A stretch of 64,000 bases of DNA, taken from the NCBI RefSeq assembly GCF_006345805.1, contig NC_043003.1:30256001-30320000 (forward strand). Direction: 5' to 3'. The DNA is from Octopus sinensis. Taxonomy: Eukaryota. Positions 24,527 through 35,790 of the stretch are shown here, in pieces. Every line of letters begins with the position of its first letter. Within the stretch, counting starts at the first letter, position 1. The position numbers and the translations under genes were made by a program. The notes beneath the pieces are model-generated. The model ran no database searches. It was not told the DNA's origin and was given only the letters and a program-made list of their open reading frames with translations.

Positions 24527-25801
24527 ATGGAGGAGAGACTGTCTGAGAATCAGGTTTCTAACGAAACACAATGTGAGAATAATGAGTTTAATCACCAAAC
24601 TGAAGAAGATGTAGGGAAGAAATCATACCACTGTGACATCGAAGGAAAGACATTCATGAAAAGTAAGGACTGCAATGAAGACAAACCATTTCAAGCAGGT
24701 TCAAATGTTTACTGTTCTAAAATATGTGGTAAAGGATTTATCAGAAGTTGTTCTGTATCTCCACATCAATGTATTGAGACATGTGAGAAACAATATCACT
24801 GTAATATGTGTGGTGAAGCATTTTCTTGGAATAAAGATGAACATTCAGCTAGTCATGTATGCACTCACACAGGGGAAAAATCATACTGTTGTGAATTCTG
24901 TGGCAAAACATTTGCGTACATCGGAATTGCAAATACCCACAAACGTACACACACAGGTGAGAAACCATTCCGCTGTGATATCTGTGGGAAAGTATTCTCT
25001 CGTAAGGGTATCTTAACTGTTCACAAGCGTACACACACTGGTGAGAAACCATACCACTGTGATATCTGTGGCAAAACATTCTCTCGTAATAGCCAAGTGA
25101 TTGTTCATAAACGTAGTCATACAGGTGAGAAACCATACCAATGTGATATCTGTGGTAACAAATTTTCTATGCATGTACATTTAGTTAATCATAAGCGTAC
25201 TCACACAGGAGAAAAACCCTTCCACTGTGATATCTGCGGTAAAACATTCTCTCGTAATGCTGAATTAACTATTCATAAACGTAGTCATACAGGTGAGAAA
25301 CCATACCAATGTGATATCTGTGGGAAAACATTTCCTCGTAAAAATACCTTGACTATTCACAAACGTACACACACAGGGGAGAAACCATACCACTGTGATA
25401 TCTGTAGTAAAACATTTTCTTGTAATAGTGACTTGACTGTTCACAAACGTATTCACACAGGTGAGAAACCATACCCTTGTGATATCTGTGGTACAACATT
25501 CTCTCGTAATGATAAATTAACTATTCACAAACGTAGCCATACTGGTGAGAAACCATTCTCCTGTGATATCTGTGGTAAAACATTCTCTCAGAAGCCTAGT
25601 TTAACTTCTCATATACTTACTCACACAGGTGAGAAACAGTACCCTTGTGATATCTGTAGTAAAAGTTTTTCTACAAATTCTAATTTAACTATTCACAAAC
25701 GTATTCATACAGGTGAGAAACCATATAATTGTGATATTTGTGGTAAAAAGTTTTCTCGTAATTTTCATTTGACTAGACACATAAGCATTCACACAATTTA
25801 A
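24527..25801 (+). CDS. C2H2 zinc-finger protein (ZNF-B), 424 aa, 11 canonical fingers plus 1 atypical; paralog of ZNF-A
   Basis: Open frame. Fingers are colinear with A4-A15 (e.g. MHVHLVNH, QKPSLTSH and RNFHLTRH are shared). N-terminus MEERLSENQ. Confidence 0.95.
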   Translation: MEERLSENQVSNETQCENNEFNHQTEEDVGKKSYHCDIEGKTFMKSKDCNEDKPFQAGSNVYCSKICGKGFIRSCSVSPHQCIETCEKQYHCNMCGEAFSWNKDEHSASHVCTHTGEKSYCCEFCGKTFAYIGIANTHKRTHTGEKPFRCDICGKVFSRKGILTVHKRTHTGEKPYHCDICGKTFSRNSQVIVHKRSHTGEKPYQCDICGNKFSMHVHLVNHKRTHTGEKPFHCDICGKTFSRNAELTIHKRSHTGEKPYQCDICGKTFPRKNTLTIHKRTHTGEKPYHCDICSKTFSCNSDLTVHKRIHTGEKPYPCDICGTTFSRNDKLTIHKRSHTGEKPFSCDICGKTFSQKPSLTSHILTHTGEKQYPCDICSKSFSTNSNLTIHKRIHTGEKPYNCDICGKKFSRNFHLTRHISIHTI

Positions 25802-26712
25802 AAACTATAATACTGTAAAATCTGATAATTCAGTTTCTAATTATGGTAAATTGACTGTTCATATACCTACCTACACAAGTAAGAAACCTTCGTTTTTTAC
25901 CTGTGAGTTGCTTGGTGAAAACATTCTCTTGATTGTTCATATATAACTTGAGAATTGATACCACAGGGAATTCTGTGTTCAAACAGTCTCTCAAAATGTT
26001 AATTTGACTTATAGACATATTTACATCATCCACATCATCATTGTTATTGTTTCAATGCCAGATTTACCATGCTTTCATGGGTCATATCGAATTCATTGAT
26101 CAGATTTTCTATGGCTGGATGCTCTTCTTGTCACTAACCCTCATCATGGCTGGACATGTTTTCATGAAAGACACCACTTGTATGATGGTAGTGCTTGTTT
26201 GTAATTGACACCAAATTTCCAGAAAGGGAGAGACACACACATATGCATATGTAAATATATAATAATCTTCCAGTTTCTAACTACCAAATCCACTCATAAG
26301 GCTTTGGTAGGCTTGGAGTTATAGTAGAAAATACCTGCTCAATGTGTCACAGTGGGATTGAACCCAAAACCACTGTGTAATAAATCAAACCATTGAGTAA
26401 GCATTTCCCTGATATCTATGGTTAAGTTATTTGAAAGATTAGGTTGATTAATCACAAATTAATCTACTCAGGTGAAAAAGCAATCCACCATGAATTCTAT
26501 GGGCATACATTGCCTCAGAATGCTCATTCAGCACATGATATATTCATGTATATAATAACCAAACCAATGTGAGATTTGAGGGAAAACATTATCTCAGTAC
26601 TAATTTAATTAGTCACAAATATACTTAAAACTCATGAAAGATATTATCACAAAATTATATCAAACCACAGAAAAGTAGTTGGGGAGATGTACTTCAGTGG
26701 AATATTTGTCAT

Positions 26713-27110
26713 CATCATCATCATTTAATGTCCATTTTCCCATGCTTCCATGGGTCAAATAGAACTTGTCGAGGCAGATGCCCTTCCTGTTGCCAACCCT
26801 CACCTGTTTCCAAGCAAGGTAATAATTTCCCTGTAGCCAGACATATTTTCAAGGAAGACTGGAAATGAAGGACACCGTTTGTATGCTGGTGACATTTGTT
26901 TACAACCATTGTGATAACCAAACAAATGAATACTAACACACACACACATACACATTTATGATAGGCTTTCAGTTTCTATGCACCAAATACACTCACATGG
27001 CTTTGGTTGGCCCAGGGCTCTAGAAGAAGAGACACTTGCCCATGGTGCCATGCAGTGGGACTGAACCCAAAACCATATAATTAGAAAGTAAATTAAATTA
27101 CATAGCTCCC
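26713..27110 (-). repeat. (CAT)n-tailed retroposon 3' fragment followed by a SINE 5' half
   Basis: CATCATCATCATCATTTAATGTCC..GATGCCCTTCCTGTTGCCAACC, then GACACTTGCCCATGGTGCCATGCAGTGGGACTGAACC. Confidence 0.6.
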
Positions 27111-28442
27111 ACCCTCTGGGAAAATGGGTAATATGAGAATTTATTCATTTTGATTGTGAAATACTATATCATTTCAGAAATTTTTGTCGTATTTGAATTT
27201 TATTGAAAAATTACTAATACACAACTGTCATGTTTAGCATCACTTATTCTTATAAGTTTGTCGTACAACTCATCTCTGTGGGTGAGAACCTTTTTGAAAA
27301 TATCCACACATTGACCTTTTCTTCTAATTAAAATATACTTTTTATATTTTTCAAGTGATTAAATTTTAACTTTTATGAAAGACAGTAATTTCAATTTAAT
27401 TATTTAAACCTTGTCTCAGAATCTGAATTTTATACACACACACACAGAGTTTTAAAATTAGCATTAAAAATATTTGGCTGATATGTTTCCTAATTATTTA
27501 TTTGAGAATGATTTGATTACAAACTCACAATCATCAGTTTTGTTGCTACGAGCATTTAAAAATTCATATTAAGTGTACTTTTTACTGTGATGTAATAACA
27601 CCGGAATTATGTTTGGTGGGTGCTTATGTTAATAGCTGCCATTTATTCTATATTAGACTTTGCCAAAATATATTATCCTCTATTTAAGACACATACAAAA
27701 ACAGTAGAAAAATAATGAGTTGCAGTTAACTTGTCAAAGGCAGAGGTCAAGAAGCTAATTTTACCTCAGTTATAAAAACTCTGAGAACTTCTGTAATTTC
27801 TGTTTATATATATCAAAAAAGGATCAAAGGCTCTTCATGAGCCATAAGCTCATAAGGCTAGTTTCCCAGATTCTATTGCGTATACATTCCCCACTGGACG
27901 GACACCATTGCAGGATTTCTCATTTTAACAGTCGAGTGCACTAGCACAATATGAAATGTGTTTTGCTGAAGATTCTAATGCATTGCCCACTCCAGCAATT
28001 GAAACCACTATAAGTTTTCTTAGATACCAATTCAATTAATAAACATTAAAAGCTGATTGAGCAACTATTTTTAAACTAACAGTGTATAGTTGGATGAAAT
28101 GGTGATTGTAATGGAACAAAATATAGGTGGGCAGGGCAGTAAGGAATATTTACTGCATTTTTGACTTTGGGAAAAAAATTTTTTTACAAATGGCAGAGTT
28201 TCTACAGCTGGATGCCCTTCCTAACGCCAACCACTCCGAGAGTGTAGTGGGCGCTTTTTATGTGCCACTGGCACGGGGGCCAGCCAGGTGGTACTGGCAA
28301 CAATCTCACTCGAATAAATATATAAATTCTTTTAAAACTGTCTTGCAGTTATATTTCCAACATGGTTTATTCGAGAATATTTAAAATATCTTATGTGGTT
28401 GCATATGCTTATCAGTATCTTACTGCTGTGAACAGCTGACAA

Positions 28443-29985
28443 CACTGGGGAACATGGTTTTTGTTGTCTGATGTTAGAGACATATTCCCTAGTAATTTTT
28501 GGGTGGTGATTTCAAAAAGGAAATCCATTTTGCTCTATCATATCAAGATTTTTCATAAACTCAGAAGTCCATTCTTCAACATTTCCAATAATGTTACAAT
28601 TTCTAAGGATATTTGGCTTCATCAAATGCCAACCCATGATATATCCTGAAATGACTTTGAAAACAGTTTTTCAATGTCATTTTAAATAAATGCAACTACG
28701 AAAGTGAAAAAAGTTATGATTTAATATCTTCAGTAATTATGATCCATTACATTATACGTCTCATACTTGTGGAATCTGCTGTATGTCAGTAGATATGTCC
28801 ATGCTGTGCTTGATTTCATGTGACTCATTGCAAAACAGGTGAGATGTGTTTTGTTGGACCTTTAATTATTTATGAAACTTGGTACTATGAATGCTCTCTT
28901 AATGTTGTAATTGTTAAGTCACATAGGTCAAGGTCACTTTTTGTCAAGTATGGTCTAAGAACTGTAGAAAAAACTTCATGCTATGTATACTCGTCATGGA
29001 ACTTTGCCATCACAAATCTGCATTTGCTTACTTTATAATTGCTGACAATTCTGAGAATATTTTCTCGTGTAACAACTGGCTTGAATATGTTTCATATTTC
29101 AGAAATATGACCAGTTGTGAGAGAGAAAAAATGCAAAACAGCCCAGATGTCTTACCTTACTTTTACATGAAACTGGGTGATCAAGATAAAGCCTGGGCAT
29201 CCTATATAGTGTGTAAAACATGTAACACTGAGACTGCATAAGCAAAGAATTTCTGGCCTTGTCTTGTGAGAAAATTAAGGTTGGTGTTTGATGGGCCACA
29301 GATTAGGTGACTATTGCAAGACAAGCAGTATTTAGAGACCATGTCTGGCATTTAAAAAGCATGGAATGCTTTTGCTGCATTTGTGTCTGATTTCGTGAGA
29401 AACAGACAGTCATAAAATTATGAAGAATTTGTGCAGACCCTATTAACCAGTTTTTAAGCACTGGACTGCAACACGAAAGTAAATGTGCATTTCCTGCAGT
29501 TGTCTGATCTACTTCCTTGAAAATCTGAGTGCTATGAGTGATGAGCAAGGAGAATGATCTCATCAAGACCATAGAGACTAGGTATCAAGGCAGGTGGAAC
29601 ATAAACATGATGGCTGACTATTGCTGGGGTCTACAGAGACTGTCATGATGCAAGTTATTCACACAAAGCAGCAATGAAAAAGTTCACTTCATGAGTAGCT
29701 TAAACTTCAATTTGCCAGAAATATTTATCCTAAAATGTGTAATATATTTGTTAAACAATAAAAAGTAGTTTGATTTGTGTCAGTTTCTTATTTCAGTATT
29801 GCATTTAATGGTAAAATTTACATTTACATTTTGGAAAAAAAAAAAAGAATTTTTGTTTTACAAGAAACCTTGAAGTGACTGGACATTTCTGCAGGCATTT
29901 CTGAACTCAGCACCATCATATTAGGTAGGGCTAGTTGTAAAAAGCAAGTCAACTAAAATTTTTTTTTCGAATATGTTCCTCAGTA
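28443..29985 (+). mobile_element. Internally deleted Chapaev3-like (CMC superfamily) DNA transposon
   Basis: TIR CACTGGGGAACAT / ATGTTCCTCAGTA with CAA and TAA flanks (TWA-type TSD). Remnants MKLGDQDKAWASYIVCKTC (N-terminal zinc region) and ENLSAMSDEQGE..RYQGRWNINMMADYCWGL (C-terminus). The superfamily is assigned from recalled motifs. Confidence 0.7.
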
Positions 29986-30169
29986 TAATTCATCTAAAAT
30001 GATGGAATTATTGCAAAATATGTCTCCTGTAATTTCTCTCTCAATATGCTCCTAGATATTTGAGACCACTTAAAGAAGCATTCTCTGTAATAAGTGAGGT
30101 GAATACAGTTAATATTCCCTTTGAACTGTAGTGAATTAATATTTGAATAGTGTTATTAGGAATAAAGAC

Positions 30170-30600
30170 ATCAAAAGGACATGCTCATGTAAATACCCCA
30201 GACAACTTCTACTGTGTCTGCATACAATATACACCTATACTATAGCAAAGGAATGTAGCCACAGCATCAAGGATAAAACTTGTCTACAAGTACTATTTTG
30301 GTTGTAAAGAGGAACATACGAGTAACTGGACATTACATATTTGCTGTGCACTGTTTAATACAATGTTAACAGATTGATTGAATTGGGAAAGAAAAGTTAT
30401 GCCATTTGCATTCCCATGATTTGGTGTGAACCCACAAATTACATGATGATTGTTATTTTTGATTGATAAGTAGCTAATTTCACGAAGAAAAATAATTCAA
30501 AGATCAACTACTCATACTGCTGATTAGCCTTAAAGTCTATACTACATGATGAAGCAAACCCATTACCAGTTCCCTAAAGAACAATTTTGAAGATTTAGCA
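30170..30600 (+). mobile_element. Second Chapaev3-like transposase N-terminal remnant
   Basis: Frameshifted VNTPDNFYCVC, YKYYFGCK, WTLHICC and MPFAF..PMIWCEPTN..DDCYF motifs. Confidence 0.6.
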
Positions 30601-31294
30601 GTGGTATGGAAGCAGAGAAAGGTAGCTTGCATGTTCCAGATGCAGATAGTTCTTCACATTTGCTAGTTCAAGCATAGTTTGTGGTTGAGCCTGTGGCAGT
30701 GGATACCTCCAGTGTTCTTCGCTCTTGGATCTCATCCCTGCTCTCTACTATTAGTATGGTTATGGTTATCCACAAGTTTGAGCCCCATGATTCAGAGTGG
30801 TTGTAATGTGTTACACAGAAGTTTGAAAAAAAAAAAAAAGAAGACCTGTCAAATCAAGAACTAACAAACGTCTCCCCTGGGATGACCATGAGAAAGCATC
30901 TCCAAACTAACAAGCACAATACTAATGAGAATCTTCAATACTTTTAGCCTATGCTGCTAACATTATTTACATATCTAACCCTTGCTAACAATAAAAGTAG
31001 CATACTTTGCTTAGGCATTAGAAACCATGAAAGAAAAGAAACAAGGAGTTACAGAAAATCTGCAACTAAGAGATAAATTTGGTTGTAAGATCTGAATTGA
31101 GCATAGCTGATTTAATTAGAAACAGCGGTCCACTTGTGTGTAGCAGAAAAAGTCATTTGCTGCATAGCAAATTCGGTGTTAAAATTTTTTAGTTAACTGT
31201 AGAATTATGTCCCCTGACAATTTGTTAAATCCCTATTCCGTTCAATTGCTGCAGTTGTTTGGTTTAAATTGATATTCCTTTGTCAGTTTTAGTC

Positions 31295-31730
31295 TAAAAC
31301 TGCTACATAGTTGGATCAAACTAAATATAGTTGATTGGTATTTAACCGAGTATGGTTTCTTTATTACGTTGAGCCAAAAATGGAAATCAAGTTTTGTTGT
31401 AGAATCCTGAAGCTGTTATTGTTCACTAGCACTTAGGTTGTTAATGCTTAAGCAAATTTAACATCTTCCATATTAAGTCTATATTAACATTTATACCCAG
31501 CAATATTGTATACATGTCATTTTTCATGCATCTTTTTGTTTTGATATTGCTTATAATTGAAATAAAAGAAAGAAGCTGAAAGAACATAACATGAATTTTA
31601 CGAAACTAATTGTTATGACATCTCACGAGATTCTCGTGTTGGACCAAGGTTGCCGTTATCCTCTCCTACTTTATTAATTCTGCACTTCATAACAAAACAT
31701 GAAAGTTCATAGAAAATTAAAAAGAGAAAA
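31295..31730 (+). other. Paralogous copy of the ZNF non-coding exon and following intron (unit C)
   Basis: AAAATGGAAATCAA..GAAGCTGTTATTGT..GTCTATATTAA matches the ZNF-A exon (16546-16722). TTTACGAAACTAATTG..GTTATCCTCTC..AAAACATGAAAGTTC matches 19995-20115 in ZNF-B. The GTAAGT donor is not retained here. Confidence 0.65.
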
Positions 31731-32010
31731 AAAATTGCAGTGAATTGATTTTGTGGTGAGGTATGAAATGTCTAATGTCTCGAACATTCGTATAGAAAGA
31801 ATATAGAGGCTAATACCACGATCGCAGGCAGACAAGGCAAACTGCTACGCTTAGGAATTTTATGGATTAACTTTTGCCAACACAGACCACTACCACCAAC
31901 AACACCATTCCCTTGGATTTAAGATCTTAGCTTCTCATAAAATATGGCGGACATTGGGGAATTGAACCCCTCCTCTCTGACAAAACTTATAGCTTCTCGT
32001 TAAAGTGAGA
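31615..32010 (+). promoter_or_regulatory. Candidate promoter/first exon upstream of the Tigger ORF
   Basis: TCTCACGAGA (one mismatch to TCTCGCGAGA, ~31621), locally raised CpG, AATATGGCGG (YY1-like, ~31942) and a possible donor AAA|GTGAGA at 32005. Confidence 0.4.
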
Positions 32011-32364
32011 GCGTTTCATTATTTTTGTGAGATAATACATTTTTCTTGGTAAAATGAAAAATTAGTATTGACTTGCTTTCTTCATATATATGTATATATA
32101 TGTGTATATATATAGAGAGAGAGTCGCTTATTATAATCACGGATTATGTTATCAAAGGTTATTGTCATCAAAATGAAACTTTTCTAAATACTTTATTTAA
32201 TGTAAAGTTATTCACTTACTGCTCTAGAGATTGTTATCAAATTTTTCAGTTAAGCTGTTTTCGTTGACATTTGTCAGAGACCAAACAAAGTTGTGATATT
32301 GATATTTATTTATATTGTTTCCTAATTAAATAAAGTGAGCATAGGCGACTATTAAAACTTCATC

Positions 32365-33903
32365 ATGATGAAAGAGGTAAATAAGAAACGTAAAGATTTG
32401 TCTTTACAAGAAAAACTAAACATATTGGGGTGTTATGATAAGTTACCGAAAATGAGCCAGCGCAGTGCTGCTGTTTACTTAAATATTTCTCAACCACTAT
32501 TGTGTAAGATTTTAAAAAACAGATCTAGTATTGAGAAATTAGCACTTTCTAATGAGAACATAGATCGTAAGAGAGTACGGTCTGGCAAAGATAGTCAAAT
32601 TGAGTCAGCATTGAAAATTTGGTTTGGCAATGTTCGTGAAAAGAATACAACAATTAATGGCCCGCTGATGCGCCAAAAAGCAGAAGAGTTTGCAAAAGAA
32701 ATGGGTAAAACAAATTTCACACCAACTGAAGGTTGGTTTAACAGATGGAAAAGACGAGAGAATATTGTATACAAACGTGTTCATGGCGAGGGGAAAAGGG
32801 CTAACGTTTCATCAGCTGAAATGTGGATTAAGACAGAATGGCCAAAAATTATTGCTGAATATTCTCCGGAAGATATTTACAATGCAGACGAAACAGGGAT
32901 TTATGTTCGAGCAATGCCGGAACATACTTATTCGTTAAAAAATGAAAATGCCAAAGGATTTAAATGTTCAAAAGAGCAAGTGACAGTTATATGTTGCGCT
33001 AATATGAAAGGGCAGAAACGAGAGCTTGCGGTTATTGGAGAAAGTAAAAATCCTGTGTGTTTTAAAGGTGTCAAAAGTTTACCTGTTCGTTACTGTTCAA
33101 ATGCTAATGCTTGGATGACTACAGATATTTTTAACAACTGGTTACTTATGTGGGATTTGGAATTAAAGCGAAAAATTGTATTGTTAGTTGACAATTGTTT
33201 GGCACATAGAAATAATTTGTCATTAAAGAACATCAAATTAATTTTACTACCTTCAGATACAACATCATTAATTCAGCCATGTGACCAAGGCATCACACGG
33301 GCTTTAAAAGCTTATTATCGTAGAGAAATTTGTACAAGAATTTTACCTGAAATTGATGATAGTCAAAGTCAGTCGGATGTAAATGCAATCGCAAAACAGA
33401 TTTCCCTTCTTGATGTATTGCATATGCTAGCAATGTCATGGGACCAAGTATCAGTGAAGACTATTGAAAACTGTTTCAAAAAAAGTGGATTTTGTAAAAC
33501 AAACACAGAAACCCTTGTTAACAATGAATTAGAACTTATTACAAACGAAATTCTTGACAGAAACCCAGATGAAATGCAAAAAGAAGAGTTTGACTATTGG
33601 TTGGCTATCGATGACAAAGTGGAAGTGGAGGCTACAATGACAGTGTCAGAAATATGCCAGGCTGTTACTGATACATATTCTAAATTAGAAGAGAATGAGC
33701 TGAATCCTGAAGAAGAAATTCCAGAAGTTCCAACAAATGCTCAGATGCGAGAAGCTCTAAAAATACTTCGTCGTGGTGTGCAACATCGATCAGTAGAATT
33801 TCAAAAGCAGTATGAGTATGAGCGGTTTGTTAATGAACTACTAAATGTAAACAGTATGCACAATCAACAATGGGTAAGTTATTTTTCTTCTTTAAATAAA
33901 TAA
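32365..33903 (+). CDS. Tigger/pogo transposase-derived protein (TIGD4/TIGD6-like architecture), 512 aa, intact DD30D triad
   Basis: CENP-B N-terminal HTH (KRKDLSLQEKLNIL..), HTH_Tnp_Tc5 (ALKIWF..GPLMRQKAEEFA..GWFNRWKRR) and DDE_1 domain. Catalytic Asp residues are in YNADETG (32887), LVDNCLAH (33190) and QPCDQG (33283), with 30 residues between the last two. No stops or frameshifts. Confidence 0.93.
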   Translation: MMKEVNKKRKDLSLQEKLNILGCYDKLPKMSQRSAAVYLNISQPLLCKILKNRSSIEKLALSNENIDRKRVRSGKDSQIESALKIWFGNVREKNTTINGPLMRQKAEEFAKEMGKTNFTPTEGWFNRWKRRENIVYKRVHGEGKRANVSSAEMWIKTEWPKIIAEYSPEDIYNADETGIYVRAMPEHTYSLKNENAKGFKCSKEQVTVICCANMKGQKRELAVIGESKNPVCFKGVKSLPVRYCSNANAWMTTDIFNNWLLMWDLELKRKIVLLVDNCLAHRNNLSLKNIKLILLPSDTTSLIQPCDQGITRALKAYYRREICTRILPEIDDSQSQSDVNAIAKQISLLDVLHMLAMSWDQVSVKTIENCFKKSGFCKTNTETLVNNELELITNEILDRNPDEMQKEEFDYWLAIDDKVEVEATMTVSEICQAVTDTYSKLEENELNPEEEIPEVPTNAQMREALKILRRGVQHRSVEFQKQYEYERFVNELLNVNSMHNQQWVSYFSSLNK

Positions 33904-33914
33904 TTGTTAATAAG

Positions 33915-35098
33915 ATGTGGGTGTGTGGTTAAGAAGTTTGCTTCCCATCTATATGGTTTCAAGTTCCACCCCACTACATGACATCTTGGGCAAATGTCTT
34001 CTGCTATAGCCTTGTGAGTAAATATGGTAGATAAAAACTGAAAGAAGTCCATCATTTATACACACACATACATATGTCCATGTGTATGAGTCTCCTCTTC
34101 ACATCACATGCTAGTTATAAATGAGTGTTACTCATTTACTGTGAAAACATTCTTTTTTCAGTCATTTGACTGTGGCCATGCTGGAGCACCACCTTTGGTC
34201 AAACAAATAAACCCCCCAGGACTTATTCTTTGTAAGCCTAGTACTTATTCTATTGGTCTCTTTTGTGAAACCACTAAGTTACAGGGACATAAACACACCA
34301 ACATTGGTTGTCAAGCGATGGTGGGGGTGACAAATACAGACAGACAAACATATACATCAGGCTGTTGCTGATGCAGATTCTAAATTAGAAGAGAATGAAC
34401 TGAAGATATTCCAACCAATGCTCAGGTGCCAAATCCACTCACAAGGCTTTGGTTGGGCTGAGGCTGTAGTAGAAGACATTTGCCCAAGGTGCCACACAGT
34501 AAGACTGAACCTGGAACCATGTGGTTGAAAAGCAAGCTTCTTACCATACAGCCACGCCTGTGCTTATTTACCATGTGGAAATATCTTGCTTGGAAACAAG
34601 TGAGGATTGGTAACAGGAAGGGTATTCAACTGTAGAAAATCTGCTTCCACAAACACTGTCCAACCCATGCAAGCATGGAAGAGTGAATGTTTAAACAATG
34701 ATGTCAGTTTCTAATTCATTTAAATAATAATTTGAAGTTAATTAATTTCATATCCTGGCATAGCTGTGTGGTAAGAAGCTTGCTTCCCATTCACATGGTT
34801 CCAAGTTCAGTCCCATTGTGGTACCAATCTTCTATAGCCTCGGGTCAACCAAAGCCTTGTGAGTGGATTATGTATATATGTATGTATATTTGTGTTTTTG
34901 TTTTTGTGTTTGTTTTTCCACCATCGCTTGACAACCGATTTCAGTGTGTTTACGTCCCAATAACTGAGTGGTTTGGCAAATAGACTGATGGAATAAGTAC
35001 TAGGCTTACAAAGAATAACTCCTAGGGTTGATTTCTTTCACTAAAACCCTTTAAGGCAGTGCTCCAGCATGGTCACACTCAAATGACCGAAGCAAGTC
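33915..35098. mobile_element. Cluster of CORE-like SINE copies: ~33915-34060 (+), ~34140-34565 (-), ~34748-35098 (+), plus an RTE 3'UTR piece
   Basis: Repeated head (TGTGTGGTAAGAAGCTTGCTTCCC), CORE-like CTTGGGCAA(A/G)TGTCTTC and tail GTGCTCCAGCATGG..AATGACCGAAGCAAGT. Confidence 0.8.
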
Positions 35099-35429
35099 AT
35101 TATATATATATATATATATATACACACATTATGTGTGCAGCTCAGTGGAAATAGGTAGTGTACTTTATTCACTGATCTTGTTGGTTCAAGTCTTGTGTGT
35201 GCTTTTCACCTTACCATTGCCACCATAACAACTGCCACTGATCATTACCAATGCTACTTAGAACTAGCATTACTAGTTCCAGTACTACTATCACTGTTAA
35301 TTATGTGTTGCCAGGACCAATACAGATGATGGCAAGATTAAAGCTGCAGGTATATTAGCTACAGAGAGTTTCTAGTTGTATGGTGTTGGTGGTGTATAGC
35401 AGTTGTGATGATGGTGCAGTGTAAAAGCA

Positions 35430-35790
35430 TGTTGGTGTTTGGAATGGAGATAAGTTGGTCCATGTGGCTGGGTATACATATATACGACAATGATCTCATT
35501 GTTGCTGCTAGGGACTTCAATGACAACCTCATGGCATCTTTCAAAATATACATAAAACTTTGGATATGGTACAAGGGATCAAGGCTTCTGGAGTTTTGAG
35601 ATGCAAATGACCTAACCATTTACAACATAAACTTCTGGAAACCTACCAATCCAATGAACACAAAACCCAGATAGACTTCATTCTCACCAGTAAATGGAAT
35701 AAACAGATGGCTGTGAATTCTAAGCTTCTCTTGGTTGAGAATGTTACTCTCAGCAGAGGTTAGTGATTTTTGATTTTAAAGTAAGAGCTA
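35430..35790 (+). mobile_element. RTE LINE apurinic-endonuclease fragment
   Basis: LIVAARDFND..GSRLLEF*DANDLTIYNINFWKP..TQIDFILT. Confidence 0.6.

Noticed and set aside
31213-31245. Short similarity (CTGACAATT..TTCCGTTC) to the A/B promoter arm
   Set aside because: Only two short words match, and the orientation is opposite to that expected for unit C.
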